Assembly: GCA_016209325.1 (NCBI GenBank) | Contig: JACQWJ010000034.1 | Coordinates: 220-64,219, forward strand | DNA length: 64,000 bases | Direction of reading: 5' to 3' | Origin: Candidatus Uhrbacteria bacterium | GTDB lineage: Bacteria > Patescibacteriota > Patescibacteriia > UBA9934 > GWF2-40-263 | Part shown: positions 24,474 through 34,601 of the stretch, one piece after another | Layout: the number at the start of each line of letters is the position of its first letter | Position numbering within the stretch: the first letter of the stretch is position 1 | The notes under the pieces: generated by a model | The model's input: the letters and a program-made list of their open reading frames with translations, nothing else | The model's database searches: none | What the model was told of the DNA's origin: nothing | Program-made: the position numbers and the translations under genes

Positions 24474-27323
24474 TCAATGTGAAAAACGCAAGGTCACGTC
24501 CTCCAAAACCGGCGTGGACGTTCCATCCCCCCGCAAGAAGCCTTTCCATTGGATCCAACGGCTCCCCGTCGCGTTTGGATCCGACTGCATGGCTTCACCT
24601 GAAACAGCATACGCGGTATCTGGAGTTCCGTCCGGACCTGTCCAGACCGCGTCCGCCAAAGAGGACTCCGTGGCAGCCGTTCGGATACGGAGCTCGACGG
24701 AACCCGTCCCCGACACGGTCCAAGCGGCGCTCAGCCAGTCCGTCGCATCATATCCCGCATCAAAGGCAGTGGAGGTGATGGTACCGTCCTGCGTGTAGCC
24801 GGTCGCAGCCGGTCCAGGCCCGACGATCTGCGCGTCGAGCGTGTCGTGCTCGGTTCCCAAAAACGCGTACGTGCCGTTGAAAAAGACGGCGTTCGCATCC
24901 GCGTCAGCGTCAAACGAAGAACGCAGCAGGGGCGAACTCGGAACAGACAGATCCCAGCGCTGAACCTCGGCATTGTCCGCGTCCAAGCCAACGAACACGA
25001 ACGTCGTCGATTGGAACGCGACGGCATTCACAGCGGAGGCCGCTTGGGTCTGGCTACTGACGACGGGAGAGGAGGGATTCTGGACGCTGACCAACAGCAG
25101 TTCCCCGTCCGCGCTGTCCGCACGACCGACAAGAACCAGACTTCCACTCTTCGCGAGCGCGCGACCGTCTGCCGTTCCATTTGCGTTGGCTGCGGATGTC
25201 AGGACCGGGACCGCTGGATTCGACACATTGAAAACAGCGAGCTCGCGCGCGTCATCGCTGGTTGCCGCATACAGCCAGGAGCTGTCCACAACCAAATCGT
25301 TGATGTTCCCATTGAAGCCAAGTGAGCCGCGCAAGGTGGGTGCGGCGGGATTCGTGACATTCAGGACGAACAGTTCGTTTGGACTGCCCGTCTGGCGACC
25401 GAGATACGCGGTCGTACCCGACAAGGCGACCGAAAACCCGTCCTGGCTCCCTTGGGCATCATAGCTTCCGGCCCGGACGGGAGCGGTTTTAGAACGGACA
25501 TCGATGATGTCCAACTCTCGGGTGTTCTGACTCGTGGCCAAATAGGCGTACCCGTTGCTGACAACGATATCCGAAACCGTTCCCCCAATCTCAAAGGATC
25601 CGCGCAGGACAGGAACAGCCGCGTTGGAAACGTCGTAGATGAAGAACTCCCGATCGCTGCTCGTAGAAAGCGTTCCGATGTACAGATACGCTCCGTCCAC
25701 GAACACGGAACGAACGTCGTGCGTGCCGCTCTTGTTGGCGGACCCGACGCGCACGGGAGCATCCCATCCCCCCTGCCCCGCCTCAAACACATTCAAGTCG
25801 GCAGCGTTGGCCTGGCCGCCGACGTATGCCCGCCCTCCGGAGAACGCAATACTGCGCGCATCATCAGTTCCCGAAATATCCCCCGATGACGCGAGAACCA
25901 AGGGGTCGAGATTCAATACCATCAGTTCGCCCGCGTCGGAAGAGGTCGCGACAAACGCAAAGGTGGTCTCGGGGTCAAGCGCGATATCCCGGACCGAGGC
26001 ATTGAGCTCAAGGCTGCCGAGAAGCGGAAGGCCCGCGTCAGGATCCGAGGCGTCGAGTATGGCAAACTCCTGTGAACTTCCCGAGGTGCGACCCACATAC
26101 AGACGGTCATCTCGCCATTCCAAGCTGAGGGTATCATCGTTCCCCGACAGGTTGACGGCCCGTGTCCTCACGAAGCTGGAACGGCTGATGACGGAAATCT
26201 CCTCATTGTTGGCCGTCGTGGCCACAAAGGCATGGGTAGGGGAAAACGCGATGTCGGTCGGGGTTATCCCCAACTCCGTGGTCCCAAGAAGCGGGAGACT
26301 CGCAAGAGGATCGCTCACGTCATAAAACGTAACTTCGGGCTGACCGGAAGCAGCCCGAACGATGCCGAGAGTCGATTCAGAAACCGCGAGTGCCAACGCA
26401 TCCGCGGTTCCGGACAGATCCAACGTGCCGACCGTAACCATTGAAGTCAGACTGACGATGGTCACCTCGGCCCCATCCTGGACGGAAGAAAGGTAGGCAT
26501 AGCCGTTTGCCACGGCCATGTCGGTAAACGTGATGCCCCCGAATTCCGCTCCGCGCACGACGGTCGGCGCAGCGTCGGAATCGCCGCTCACGTCGAACGC
26601 CTGTAACTCGTTTCCCGAAGTGGAAGTGGAAAGGACGTACAGGAGATCCTGCGACGCGTCGACCGCCGCAGCAATGCGATCCCCATCACCGTCCAGATTG
26701 AGCGTGTACGCAAGGAGGGCCTTCTTCCAGGCGGGATCGGCAGACTCCAGCAGGACTTCCCCACCCTCCGCGTTTTGGATCTGTGTCCCATGTCTCCGAC
26801 CTGCCTCAAAATCCGTGCGTGTCGTCTGCGTCCAGGCGGAGATCAACCAATTGAAGACGTACACGACCGATTCCCAGCGGCGGGGAATGTTTTGGAAGGG
26901 CTCGCTTGTTTCAAGAGTGACCGTCACTTGCTTCGCCCCTGGATCCAACGTGCCCGTCTCCGCGATAGCGCCTTCCAATCCGTCGGTGCGATAGACGTCT
27001 TCGACGAGAAGCGTGCGCGTGTACGATCCGTTGCGCAACGATTCCGGATCGCCCTGGAAGGCATAATAGCCGACCGCGGTCGTGAGGCCGTGAGTCCCGT
27101 TCACGAGTTCCCCCCAGTCGCGGTCGCGAATCGAACGCGCCGCCTGCACGCCTTCCTCGAGATAGCCGGTCGCGACCGTCTCGAGTCGTCCTCGCTCCAC
27201 GGCATCCAACGACAAAAGAAGCGCCGTAAACGTCCCCAAGGCCACCAAGGACACGATTGCCATGGCCAAGACGGCCTCCAAAATCGATTGTCCGGCGGGA
27301 AACGTGTGCTGACGCATACTCAC
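24474..27323 (-). CDS. large pilin-like protein with LVIVD beta-propeller repeats (putative pilus tip/adhesin)
   Basis: N-terminal prepilin-like segment AGQSILEAVLAMAIVSLVALG; >10 LVIVD-type repeats (AYLSSVQDGAEVTIVSL, AFVATTANNEEISVISR, AFVATSSDAGELMVLNL, AYLATSQNTRELDIIDV ...). Confidence 0.6.
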   Translation of the reverse strand: MSMRQHTFPAGQSILEAVLAMAIVSLVALGTFTALLLSLDAVERGRLETVATGYLEEGVQAARSIRDRDWGELVNGTHGLTTAVGYYAFQGDPESLRNGSYTRTLLVEDVYRTDGLEGAIAETGTLDPGAKQVTVTLETSEPFQNIPRRWESVVYVFNWLISAWTQTTRTDFEAGRRHGTQIQNAEGGEVLLESADPAWKKALLAYTLNLDGDGDRIAAAVDASQDLLYVLSTSTSGNELQAFDVSGDSDAAPTVVRGAEFGGITFTDMAVANGYAYLSSVQDGAEVTIVSLTSMVTVGTLDLSGTADALALAVSESTLGIVRAASGQPEVTFYDVSDPLASLPLLGTTELGITPTDIAFSPTHAFVATTANNEEISVISRSSFVRTRAVNLSGNDDTLSLEWRDDRLYVGRTSGSSQEFAILDASDPDAGLPLLGSLELNASVRDIALDPETTFAFVATSSDAGELMVLNLDPLVLASSGDISGTDDARSIAFSGGRAYVGGQANAADLNVFEAGQGGWDAPVRVGSANKSGTHDVRSVFVDGAYLYIGTLSTSSDREFFIYDVSNAAVPVLRGSFEIGGTVSDIVVSNGYAYLATSQNTRELDIIDVRSKTAPVRAGSYDAQGSQDGFSVALSGTTAYLGRQTGSPNELFVLNVTNPAAPTLRGSLGFNGNINDLVVDSSWLYAATSDDARELAVFNVSNPAVPVLTSAANANGTADGRALAKSGSLVLVGRADSADGELLLVSVQNPSSPVVSSQTQAASAVNAVAFQSTTFVFVGLDADNAEVQRWDLSVPSSPLLRSSFDADADANAVFFNGTYAFLGTEHDTLDAQIVGPGPAATGYTQDGTITSTAFDAGYDATDWLSAAWTVSGTGSVELRIRTAATESSLADAVWTGPDGTPDTAYAVSGEAMQSDPNATGSRWIQWKGFLRGDGTSTPVLEDVTLRFSH

Positions 27324-27757
27324 GAGCTGACCAAACCGTTGGCGTTGACCTCAAGGGAAACGGAACGTCCTGCATCGGGAACTGTAAGCGTGATCGTACC
27401 CGTCTGTGCGGTCTCCCCCGTACGGATCTGAAACACGACATCCGAAAGGCCCGAGGCACGGACAGAGGAAGGAAAGACGCGCACTTCATCCACATCCAGA
27501 TCGCGCTCCACGTAACTTGTCCCTTGAAACAAGGTTGCTCGATCAGATTCCAGATGGACCCCCCACACGCCCCCCTGGTCGCCGTTCACGGTCCGTTCCT
27601 GCGCGCGACGGAGCACATCCTCGACGGCCTGACGTTCGGCCGCCAACTGGAGGACGGGCAACGCGCTGAACGCAAACACGACGGCACCCCCCAGAAGGAG
27701 GCCGGTGAGTGCGATAACGATCAAGAGTTCGACCAACGTAAATCCGCGATGAACCAT
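27320..27757 (-). CDS. pseudopilin (prepilin-type N-terminal domain)
   Basis: HRGFTLVELLIVIALTGLLLGG class-III signal; start at MVHRGF. Confidence 0.6.
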   Translation of the reverse strand: MVHRGFTLVELLIVIALTGLLLGGAVVFAFSALPVLQLAAERQAVEDVLRRAQERTVNGDQGGVWGVHLESDRATLFQGTSYVERDLDVDEVRVFPSSVRASGLSDVVFQIRTGETAQTGTITLTVPDAGRSVSLEVNANGLVSS

Positions 27758-27834
27758 AGAGACAGGGTGCACACGCGTGCGCACCCGGGAACGGTTGTGC
27801 GGACGCACGGGAAGCGGGAGCGCGCGGACGTCAT

Positions 27835-28953
27835 CTAGAGACGAACACCGGAAGTCACGGAATAAATAGGAGTGAAAATGGAGATGGCGAGAAACCCAAT
27901 CGACAGACCAATGATGAGGAGGAGGATGGGTTCGACGAGTGTTGCAAAGGCTTTGGCCTCGACCGCGACTTTGTCTTCGTAAAACCGGGCGAGATACGTC
28001 AGGGAATCGCCCGTGCCTGCCGACCGCTCGCCGACGGCCACGGCACGCTGGATCATCGTGGGGTAGAGGCGCGGAAACAAGGCTAATCCACCAGCCAGTC
28101 CCTGGCCGCTTTCGACCCGGGACCTCAGTTGAGAAATGGAACGACGGTAGATCACATTTGACAGGGCGTCTTCAGACAGGGTCAGGGCTTCTGGAAGCGG
28201 TAGACCGGTCTGTAGAAGCGTGCCAAGGGTGCGGCAGAAGCGGGCGCGGTTGACGTCGTGAAAAAACCGTCCGAGGAGGGGAGCGCGCAAAAGCGCCCGC
28301 TCGACGAGCGGGCGCACGCGAGGGTGACAAAGAAGCAGCGCGAACGCCAGAAGCACGAGGACGGAGCCCGGAAGGAGAACAAATCCGTAGCGGTCCAGGA
28401 GGTCAGCAAGCGCGATAAGGAGCCGGGTGGTCCAGGGAAGCTCGACGCGGAGTGACTGGAACACGCGGGCAAGCTTCGGGAGGACAAAGATTGCGAGACC
28501 CCCACCGATGAGACCAGTCGTGACGAGGACGAACGCCGGATAGGCCATGGCGCCGCGGACGCTCCTGCGGAGACGTAGCTCCTGCTCGAGCTGCTCGGCG
28601 ACGCGTGTCAGGTTCGCGGCCAGGGTACCGGACTGCTCGCCAACACGCACCGCATTCATGAACACAGGACCGAACAAGCGGGCGCTGTCCCGGATCGCTT
28701 CGGCAAACGGACGGCCGGACCGCACGTCAGCATGCCAGGCGCGGAGCCGATGCTTGAACGGACCGGCGGTCTCGGCTACGAGAGCCTCGAGCGCTTCGGG
28801 AATGGTCAAACCCGCAGCCAGCATGACCGACAGGTTCTTGGTAAGTGTCACGGTATCCGTCGAACCCGCACTGCCCCATGCGAAACGGAGAAGTGTACGC
28901 AGGCGACCCTCGTTGAGGGAAGCAGGAACAAGACCGGCGTGCGAGCGGTTCAT
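27835..28953 (-). CDS. pilC: type IV pilus / T2SS platform protein PilC (GspF family)
   Basis: Two GspF repeats, 3 TM helices, AMAYPAFVLVTTGLIGGGLAIFVLPKLARVF motif. Confidence 0.8.
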   Translation of the reverse strand: MNRSHAGLVPASLNEGRLRTLLRFAWGSAGSTDTVTLTKNLSVMLAAGLTIPEALEALVAETAGPFKHRLRAWHADVRSGRPFAEAIRDSARLFGPVFMNAVRVGEQSGTLAANLTRVAEQLEQELRLRRSVRGAMAYPAFVLVTTGLIGGGLAIFVLPKLARVFQSLRVELPWTTRLLIALADLLDRYGFVLLPGSVLVLLAFALLLCHPRVRPLVERALLRAPLLGRFFHDVNRARFCRTLGTLLQTGLPLPEALTLSEDALSNVIYRRSISQLRSRVESGQGLAGGLALFPRLYPTMIQRAVAVGERSAGTGDSLTYLARFYEDKVAVEAKAFATLVEPILLLIIGLSIGFLAISIFTPIYSVTSGVRL

Positions 28954-30713
28954 ATGCGGACGGCGCGCAGGACCTCTTCCACGCTGGTGAGGCCGGTCAT
29001 GGCTTTACGGAGCCCGTCGGACAGCATGGGAATCATCCCCTCCTTCAGGGCCGCAGCGCGAATGTCGTCGGCATTCCGACGCTCCATGACAGCCGTACGA
29101 ACAGCGTCCGTGACCCGCAGGAACTCAAACACGCCCACGCGCCCGTGATAACCACTCTGGTGGCACACCCCACATCCTTTGCCTTTGAACAGACGCACGT
29201 GGACCAAGTCGCGCTTGTCTGCAAGGCCCAAAAGTTCTTTGCGAATTTCTGGCACACGTTCAAGTAAATGGACCTCTGTTTGGGTGAGAGGAGACGTCTG
29301 AATACAACTCATACAGATACGCCGCACCAGCCGCTGGGCCAGGATCGCGTTGACCGTGGAGGCAATGAGAAAATCATCGACCTGCATGTCCGCCAGACGG
29401 GGAAAGGCCGTGGCTGCGTCGTTCGTGTGCAAGGTGGACAGGACGAGATGGCCGGTCATGGCCGCGTTGACAGCGATGTGCGCGGTCTCCGTATCGCGGA
29501 TCTCCCCTACCATGATCACGTTTGGATCCTGACGGACAATGGAGCGCAGACCTTTGGCGAAGGTGAGGTCCGCGCGCTCGTCCACCTGGATCTGGTTGAC
29601 ACCCACCATGTCATACTCAACGGGATCTTCAATGGTCGTAATATTGGCCTCGCGGCGATTCAGAATCTTGAGTGCGGCATAGAGGGTGGTCGACTTGCCC
29701 GAGCCCGTGGGACCCGTGACAAGGAACATCCCCCAGGACCGGCGGAGCATGTCGGACAGCTTCTGCGCGTCGTCGGGATGGAGACCGAGGTCGGAGAGCG
29801 AAAAGTCGCGGCTCTTGTCGGTCAGGAGGCGCATGACGGCTTTCTCGCCATGGGTCGTCGGAATGATCGATAGACGGATTTCAATCTCCTGACCCCAGGA
29901 GGAGGCAAAGGTGATCTTTCCGTCCTGGGCTGTCCGATGCTCGTCCGTGGCCAACCGCCCCAAAACTTTGAGACGGGAAATGACCGAATCCTGAAGGGCG
30001 GGGGGAATCTCCGCCATGTCGCGCAAGAGGCCATCGACGCGATACCGAATCGCGGTGTACGCATCCTCGGGATCGAGGTGGACGTCCGACGCCCCGGCCT
30101 GAAAGGCGGACTCGATCATGAGGGCGACGAGCTCGACGGTCGCGGCCCCGGCTTCGAGCGCCCCCGTCTGGAACCGCTCAAACAAGCCAGCAAACGACAC
30201 GGCGGGGTCCTCCCGAAACAGGGACATGTGCCCTTGGATGTCCCGCGAGGTGGCGTACGCGAACGACACGGACTTGCGCAAATACTTCTCGAGGAGAGAA
30301 CGGATGGGAGCATCCCGGGGATCGGTCGTGGCCACGAGCACGGATCCGTCCTTGGAAGAAACAGGGACGAGTCCATGACTGCGAATAAAGGTTTCCGGAA
30401 GCAACCCACGCATGTCCTCGGAAACGTGGGTCTGCTCCAAATTGACAAAGGGAACCTGGTACCACCACGCCATAAGCTGACCGAGTTCGACATCCTTCAA
30501 AACACCCCGTTGAACAAGAGCCTCTTCCAGCCCCAGACGGGCGGCCTCGGGTGCGCAGGCCGTCTCTTCAAATTGCGTCTGGCTGAGGCCTCCTCCTCCC
30601 ACCAAGGCTTCCTCCAATTGTGCGCGGGTAAGTCCCATAGAGCGGATGTCGTAGGGGCGTTGAACAGTCAGATTATAGCATCGGAACGGACGCGAACGAA
30701 GAGACGAGATCAA
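28950..30713 (-). CDS. pilB: type IV pilus assembly ATPase PilB (GspE family)
   Basis: N-terminal GspII domain, Walker A LVTGPTGSGKSTTLYA, Asp box, Walker B, tetracysteine C-x2-C...C-x2-C. Confidence 0.85.
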   Translation of the reverse strand: MISSLRSRPFRCYNLTVQRPYDIRSMGLTRAQLEEALVGGGGLSQTQFEETACAPEAARLGLEEALVQRGVLKDVELGQLMAWWYQVPFVNLEQTHVSEDMRGLLPETFIRSHGLVPVSSKDGSVLVATTDPRDAPIRSLLEKYLRKSVSFAYATSRDIQGHMSLFREDPAVSFAGLFERFQTGALEAGAATVELVALMIESAFQAGASDVHLDPEDAYTAIRYRVDGLLRDMAEIPPALQDSVISRLKVLGRLATDEHRTAQDGKITFASSWGQEIEIRLSIIPTTHGEKAVMRLLTDKSRDFSLSDLGLHPDDAQKLSDMLRRSWGMFLVTGPTGSGKSTTLYAALKILNRREANITTIEDPVEYDMVGVNQIQVDERADLTFAKGLRSIVRQDPNVIMVGEIRDTETAHIAVNAAMTGHLVLSTLHTNDAATAFPRLADMQVDDFLIASTVNAILAQRLVRRICMSCIQTSPLTQTEVHLLERVPEIRKELLGLADKRDLVHVRLFKGKGCGVCHQSGYHGRVGVFEFLRVTDAVRTAVMERRNADDIRAAALKEGMIPMLSDGLRKAMTGLTSVEEVLRAVRI

Positions 30714-32110
30714 GTCCCCTTCGGTGACCGTTCAGCCTTCAGGGGCAGGAGGACGTAAAAAGCGGTTCCCTTTCCCTCTTCGGAACGAAACCAAATTTCG
30801 CCCCCGGCCTGGTCGACGATGGCTTTGGTCGTATACAAACCGAGTCCTGTGCCGCTCGTCTCCTTGCCAATAACGTTGTCCGCGCGAAACAGTTTGGTAA
30901 ACACCTGATTCTGCTGATGGAACGGGATCCCGTAGCCCGTGTCGGAAACCGTGAGAAAGACGCTCGCACGGCGCACGGCGCGGTCGGCGGCGCGCTCTCC
31001 TGCCCGCTTGCCCTCGAGTACGACCGTTACCGTGCCAGATTTGGGGGTGTACTTCACGGCGTTCGACACGAGGTTGTCGAACACGATTTCGAGGAGCTTC
31101 TGATCGGTCTGTAAAACAGGCAGAGAGGGTGTAAAACGCGTCTTGAGGTGTAGACCACGCAGACGGAGTACAGGACGGCATTCCTGGAGGATGGCGCGCA
31201 TGCTTCGCACCACGTCCACCTGCTCGCGCTTGAACGCAAGCGTCCCAAGGTCGATTCGCGACACGCGCAGGAACGCATCCACGAGCTCGACCATGCGCTG
31301 GTTGCTCTGATACAAGAGATCGAGGTACTCGCGCTGCTTGTCGTTAACCGCCCCCGGAATTCCTGCGAGCAACATGTCCGCGTACCAACGAACGGCTGTG
31401 AGTGGAGTCCGGAGCTGGTGGGAGGCAAGACCGACGAACTCAGTCTTGGCGCGGTCGACCTCCTTTTCGCGTGTCATGTCGCGGAACACGAGCACCGCGC
31501 CCGCGGCCTGCCCTTCGGAGACCACCGAGGCACAGGTCGCGACCATGGGAAAGCGTGTGCTGTCCTTGCGACGCAGATAAAACGTGGGGAGGAGAGAAAA
31601 GACCGTCTTGGCGCGCGCGGTTTTTCCCGGTCGGAGCGGATGCCGTCCACGCGCTAACGAACGCCCTTTCTCGTCGTCGATACGCACAACGGACAATCCC
31701 GACTTCCCATGTGCTTCCTCTGCCTTCCAACCGAGGAGTATCTCGGCTTCCTGATTCATGAGCATGATGCGCCCTTTTTCGTCCGTAGCGACGACGCCAT
31801 CGCCAAGACTCGTAAGCAACGCCTGACACCTACCCTTCTCCTTCTCAAGTTCGCGGGTGCGACGGGCGAATTGGAGGAACGCCGAACGGTAGCGCGCGGT
31901 TCCGATAAGTAGACCCGTCACAGCCAAAGCACAACCTCCAAGGGCAAGCGGGCCGAGACCGGACAAGGAGCGCAGCATGGCAAGCGCGACGTCGAACCCT
32001 TGCCAGAAGCCGAGCGCCAAAAATCCCAGCAGGAACAGGTCTGCCAGACCGAACGCGAACAGGCACAGGAAGAGAAACCGACGTTCCGCCTCCCAGGAAC
32101 GTGAGGACAT
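30710..32110 (-). CDS. sensor histidine kinase (2 TM, PAS, HisKA, HATPase_c)
   Basis: H-box ASHQLRTPLTAV, N-box DNLVSNAVKYT, G-boxes DTGYGI / GTGLGLY. Confidence 0.8.
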   Translation of the reverse strand: MSSRSWEAERRFLFLCLFAFGLADLFLLGFLALGFWQGFDVALAMLRSLSGLGPLALGGCALAVTGLLIGTARYRSAFLQFARRTRELEKEKGRCQALLTSLGDGVVATDEKGRIMLMNQEAEILLGWKAEEAHGKSGLSVVRIDDEKGRSLARGRHPLRPGKTARAKTVFSLLPTFYLRRKDSTRFPMVATCASVVSEGQAAGAVLVFRDMTREKEVDRAKTEFVGLASHQLRTPLTAVRWYADMLLAGIPGAVNDKQREYLDLLYQSNQRMVELVDAFLRVSRIDLGTLAFKREQVDVVRSMRAILQECRPVLRLRGLHLKTRFTPSLPVLQTDQKLLEIVFDNLVSNAVKYTPKSGTVTVVLEGKRAGERAADRAVRRASVFLTVSDTGYGIPFHQQNQVFTKLFRADNVIGKETSGTGLGLYTTKAIVDQAGGEIWFRSEEGKGTAFYVLLPLKAERSPKGT

Positions 32111-32236
32111 AGCGCGAAACGCGCGACACCTGTCTACCGACAGGCAAGCTCAGAGAGTAGTCGTTCCAGTATAGCAAAAAACGCGCACAAACGGAATGCA
32201 AAACGACTCCGGAGAGGAGTCGTTTTGTGGGGACAC

Positions 32237-32624
32237 TCAGGTGTCGAGCGTATCCTGAATCTTCTTTACCACGTCAGGCAGGGAGTAGTTGGCCTTGATG
32301 AAGTACTCCTTGGCGCCGAGCGCGAGACCGCGCGCGATGTCGTCGTCCTGGCCAAGATTCGAGAGAATCAGTGTGGGAATCTTTTTCAGAGCCGGATCCT
32401 TATGTTTCTCTTCCAACGTTTCAAATCCGTCCTTGATGGGCATGATGAGGTCGAGGAGCACGAGGTCCGGATGCCAGGCGCGCATCTGCTTCAGACCGTC
32501 TTCCCCGTTCGTCACCGTCATGACCTCATACCCAGCATGCTCCAACCCCGCGGTATAGGCGCGCAAGATAAAGTCGTCGTCTTCCACCACCAAAATGCGT
32601 TTCACGCTGGTTTTCATACATGTT
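32237..32624 (-). CDS. stand-alone response regulator receiver (CheY-like)
   Basis: KRILVVEDDD...DLVLLDLIMP...ILSNL receiver motifs with conserved Asp; start at MKTSVK. Confidence 0.75.
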
Positions 32625-32685
32625 TGAGCCCCAAACCTAGCACGACATCCAATTTTTGGCAAGAGCAAGCGAAATAAATGAACGT

Positions 32686-33807
32686 CTACCATCGCACGAC
32701 TGCTTTCAGCAAAAAGAAGTACGCGACCATCAACGGATTGACGACTCGTTTGAGGAGCGGGTTTTCAATTTCCTGGGCTTCGATTCTTCCTACCATGTAG
32801 CGGAGAATCTCACGATCCGGAACCCGGCGGATGCGCGCGGTTTGGCGGCGCAGACGGCGAATCCAGGACCAGGTGGAGGGAAGGAAAAAAAAGGCCCACA
32901 CCCGACATTTCTCCTTCAACCATCCTGACTTCCAGGCAAATGCCGCCGTGCCCCCCTCCATCACGAGGAGTGGAAGGAGCATGAGCAGAAGAGTGGGTAA
33001 CCGCAAGCGGGACGCGTGCGTCACCAGGCGGTTGCGCTCCATCAGGTAAAATTTCGCGATGCTGCGGGAAAACTCGTAGCGATGATAGATCACCGACGCC
33101 TCGGCGTAGGCGTGCCTGTATCCCGCCAGACGCGCCCGCCAAGCGAGGTCTACGTCGTCGTGGTACATGAAGTAGGCGGGATCGAACAGGCCACCGACCG
33201 CTTCCAAGACGCCGGTCCGGACGAGAAGCCCGGCGCCGCTGTTGAAAAAATGGGGACGTGGATGCCGGCGTGCGTCTTCCGGCGTCCGACGATAGCCGTC
33301 GGAAAAACCGAATCCCAAAACATGGAGGCAATTGCCGCAGGAATTCAGGAGGAACGGCTCCTGCTTCAGCATCACGCGGGACTGAACTGTGGCGATCCGG
33401 GGGTCAGAGGCGGCGACCCGTACGGCCTCCTCCAGAAAACCGGGATCGCAGACGGTGTCCTGGTTCAACAGATACAGGAAGTCCGGCTCCCAGGAACGGA
33501 TGGCTTCATGCGCCGCGACGTGTCCGCCCGCGAACCCCGTATTTTTTTCAGATCGTACAAACGTCATCTCCGGCAGCGTTCGGCGGGCTTTTGGCATCCA
33601 ACGCGTCCGAAACAGCTCCTCCGCGCGGCAGTCGTCCCCGTAGGGATTGTCGACCACCACGATATGCCAACGGTCATGCGGATAGGAGACTTGCTCCAGG
33701 GAACAAAAACAGTCCTCGATGTCCTTCTCCGCCCCCGGATGGAGATAGGCGAGATACTGAACGGCAACTTTGGGCAGGAGCGTGGTCATATCCGCTTGCC
33801 CGCCCAT
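32686..33807 (-). CDS. glycosyltransferase family 2
   Basis: GT-A DxD region (VVVDNP..., YLLNQDTV) and conserved C-terminal region. Confidence 0.65.
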   Translation of the reverse strand: MGGQADMTTLLPKVAVQYLAYLHPGAEKDIEDCFCSLEQVSYPHDRWHIVVVDNPYGDDCRAEELFRTRWMPKARRTLPEMTFVRSEKNTGFAGGHVAAHEAIRSWEPDFLYLLNQDTVCDPGFLEEAVRVAASDPRIATVQSRVMLKQEPFLLNSCGNCLHVLGFGFSDGYRRTPEDARRHPRPHFFNSGAGLLVRTGVLEAVGGLFDPAYFMYHDDVDLAWRARLAGYRHAYAEASVIYHRYEFSRSIAKFYLMERNRLVTHASRLRLPTLLLMLLPLLVMEGGTAAFAWKSGWLKEKCRVWAFFFLPSTWSWIRRLRRQTARIRRVPDREILRYMVGRIEAQEIENPLLKRVVNPLMVAYFFLLKAVVRW

Positions 33808-34601
33808 TTGAGCGCATATTTCATCCAGCTGGCGATGTGGGCGCGGGCCATGGGGTTGAAGAAAAAATTCGCCAGCAGGCCCTTCTCCTTATCCGAAGCC
33901 TTGCCGTACAAATGAAGAATCTCGGCGTGGGGGACGTAGTAGACGGGCCGGCAGCGCTCCCAACACTGGCGGCAGAGATCGGTATCCTCAAAATACATGA
34001 AGAAACGCCGATCGAATCCCCCGAGCTCGCGAAACAAGTCGGCAGAAATCATGAGGGCCGAGCCCTGCACCCAGTCGACCATGCGCGGTCGCTCGTGGTC
34101 GTAATCACACATGAGAAAGCGGCGCGCGTAGCGTGCGGAGAACGCTCCGAGCCAGTTCGTACGCTGCGCGAAGGGCATGAACCAGGCGGGAAAGCGGCGG
34201 CAGGTCTCCTGCAGGCGGCCATCGAGGTAGCGCAGGCGGGGCGCGGCGATGCCCGTCCTCGGGTGGGCCCGCATGAACGCGTACAGCTTGTCGAAGACGG
34301 CCAGGTCGCCGATGGAGGTGTCCGGATTCAAAAAGAAATAATAATCGGCCGAAACTTCCTCCACGCCCCGGTTGAGGGAGGCGCCCATACCGTAGTTCCC
34401 GTCACGCTGGATGACGAGGGGACGCCGCATGTGCGTATGCGCAAGAACGGCGGCATCGAGCTCGGTCGAGGCATTGTCGACCAATACGAAACTGATCCTC
34501 AGGGGAGAGGCATCGATGGCGCGTTGGACCGAAGGAAGATCCAGAATCTTGTTGTAAGACACCATGACGACGGCGATGTCGAAATGCTCACGGGGCATAC
34601 C
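33786..34601 (-). CDS. glycosyltransferase family 2
   Basis: IAVVMVSYN...VLVDNASTE...FLNPDT GT2 signature; start at MPREHF. Confidence 0.7.
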   Translation of the reverse strand, partial: GMPREHFDIAVVMVSYNKILDLPSVQRAIDASPLRISFVLVDNASTELDAAVLAHTHMRRPLVIQRDGNYGMGASLNRGVEEVSADYYFFLNPDTSIGDLAVFDKLYAFMRAHPRTGIAAPRLRYLDGRLQETCRRFPAWFMPFAQRTNWLGAFSARYARRFLMCDYDHERPRMVDWVQGSALMISADLFRELGGFDRRFFMYFEDTDLCRQCWERCRPVYYVPHAEILHLYGKASDKEKGLLANFFFNPMARAHIASWMKYALKWAGKRI

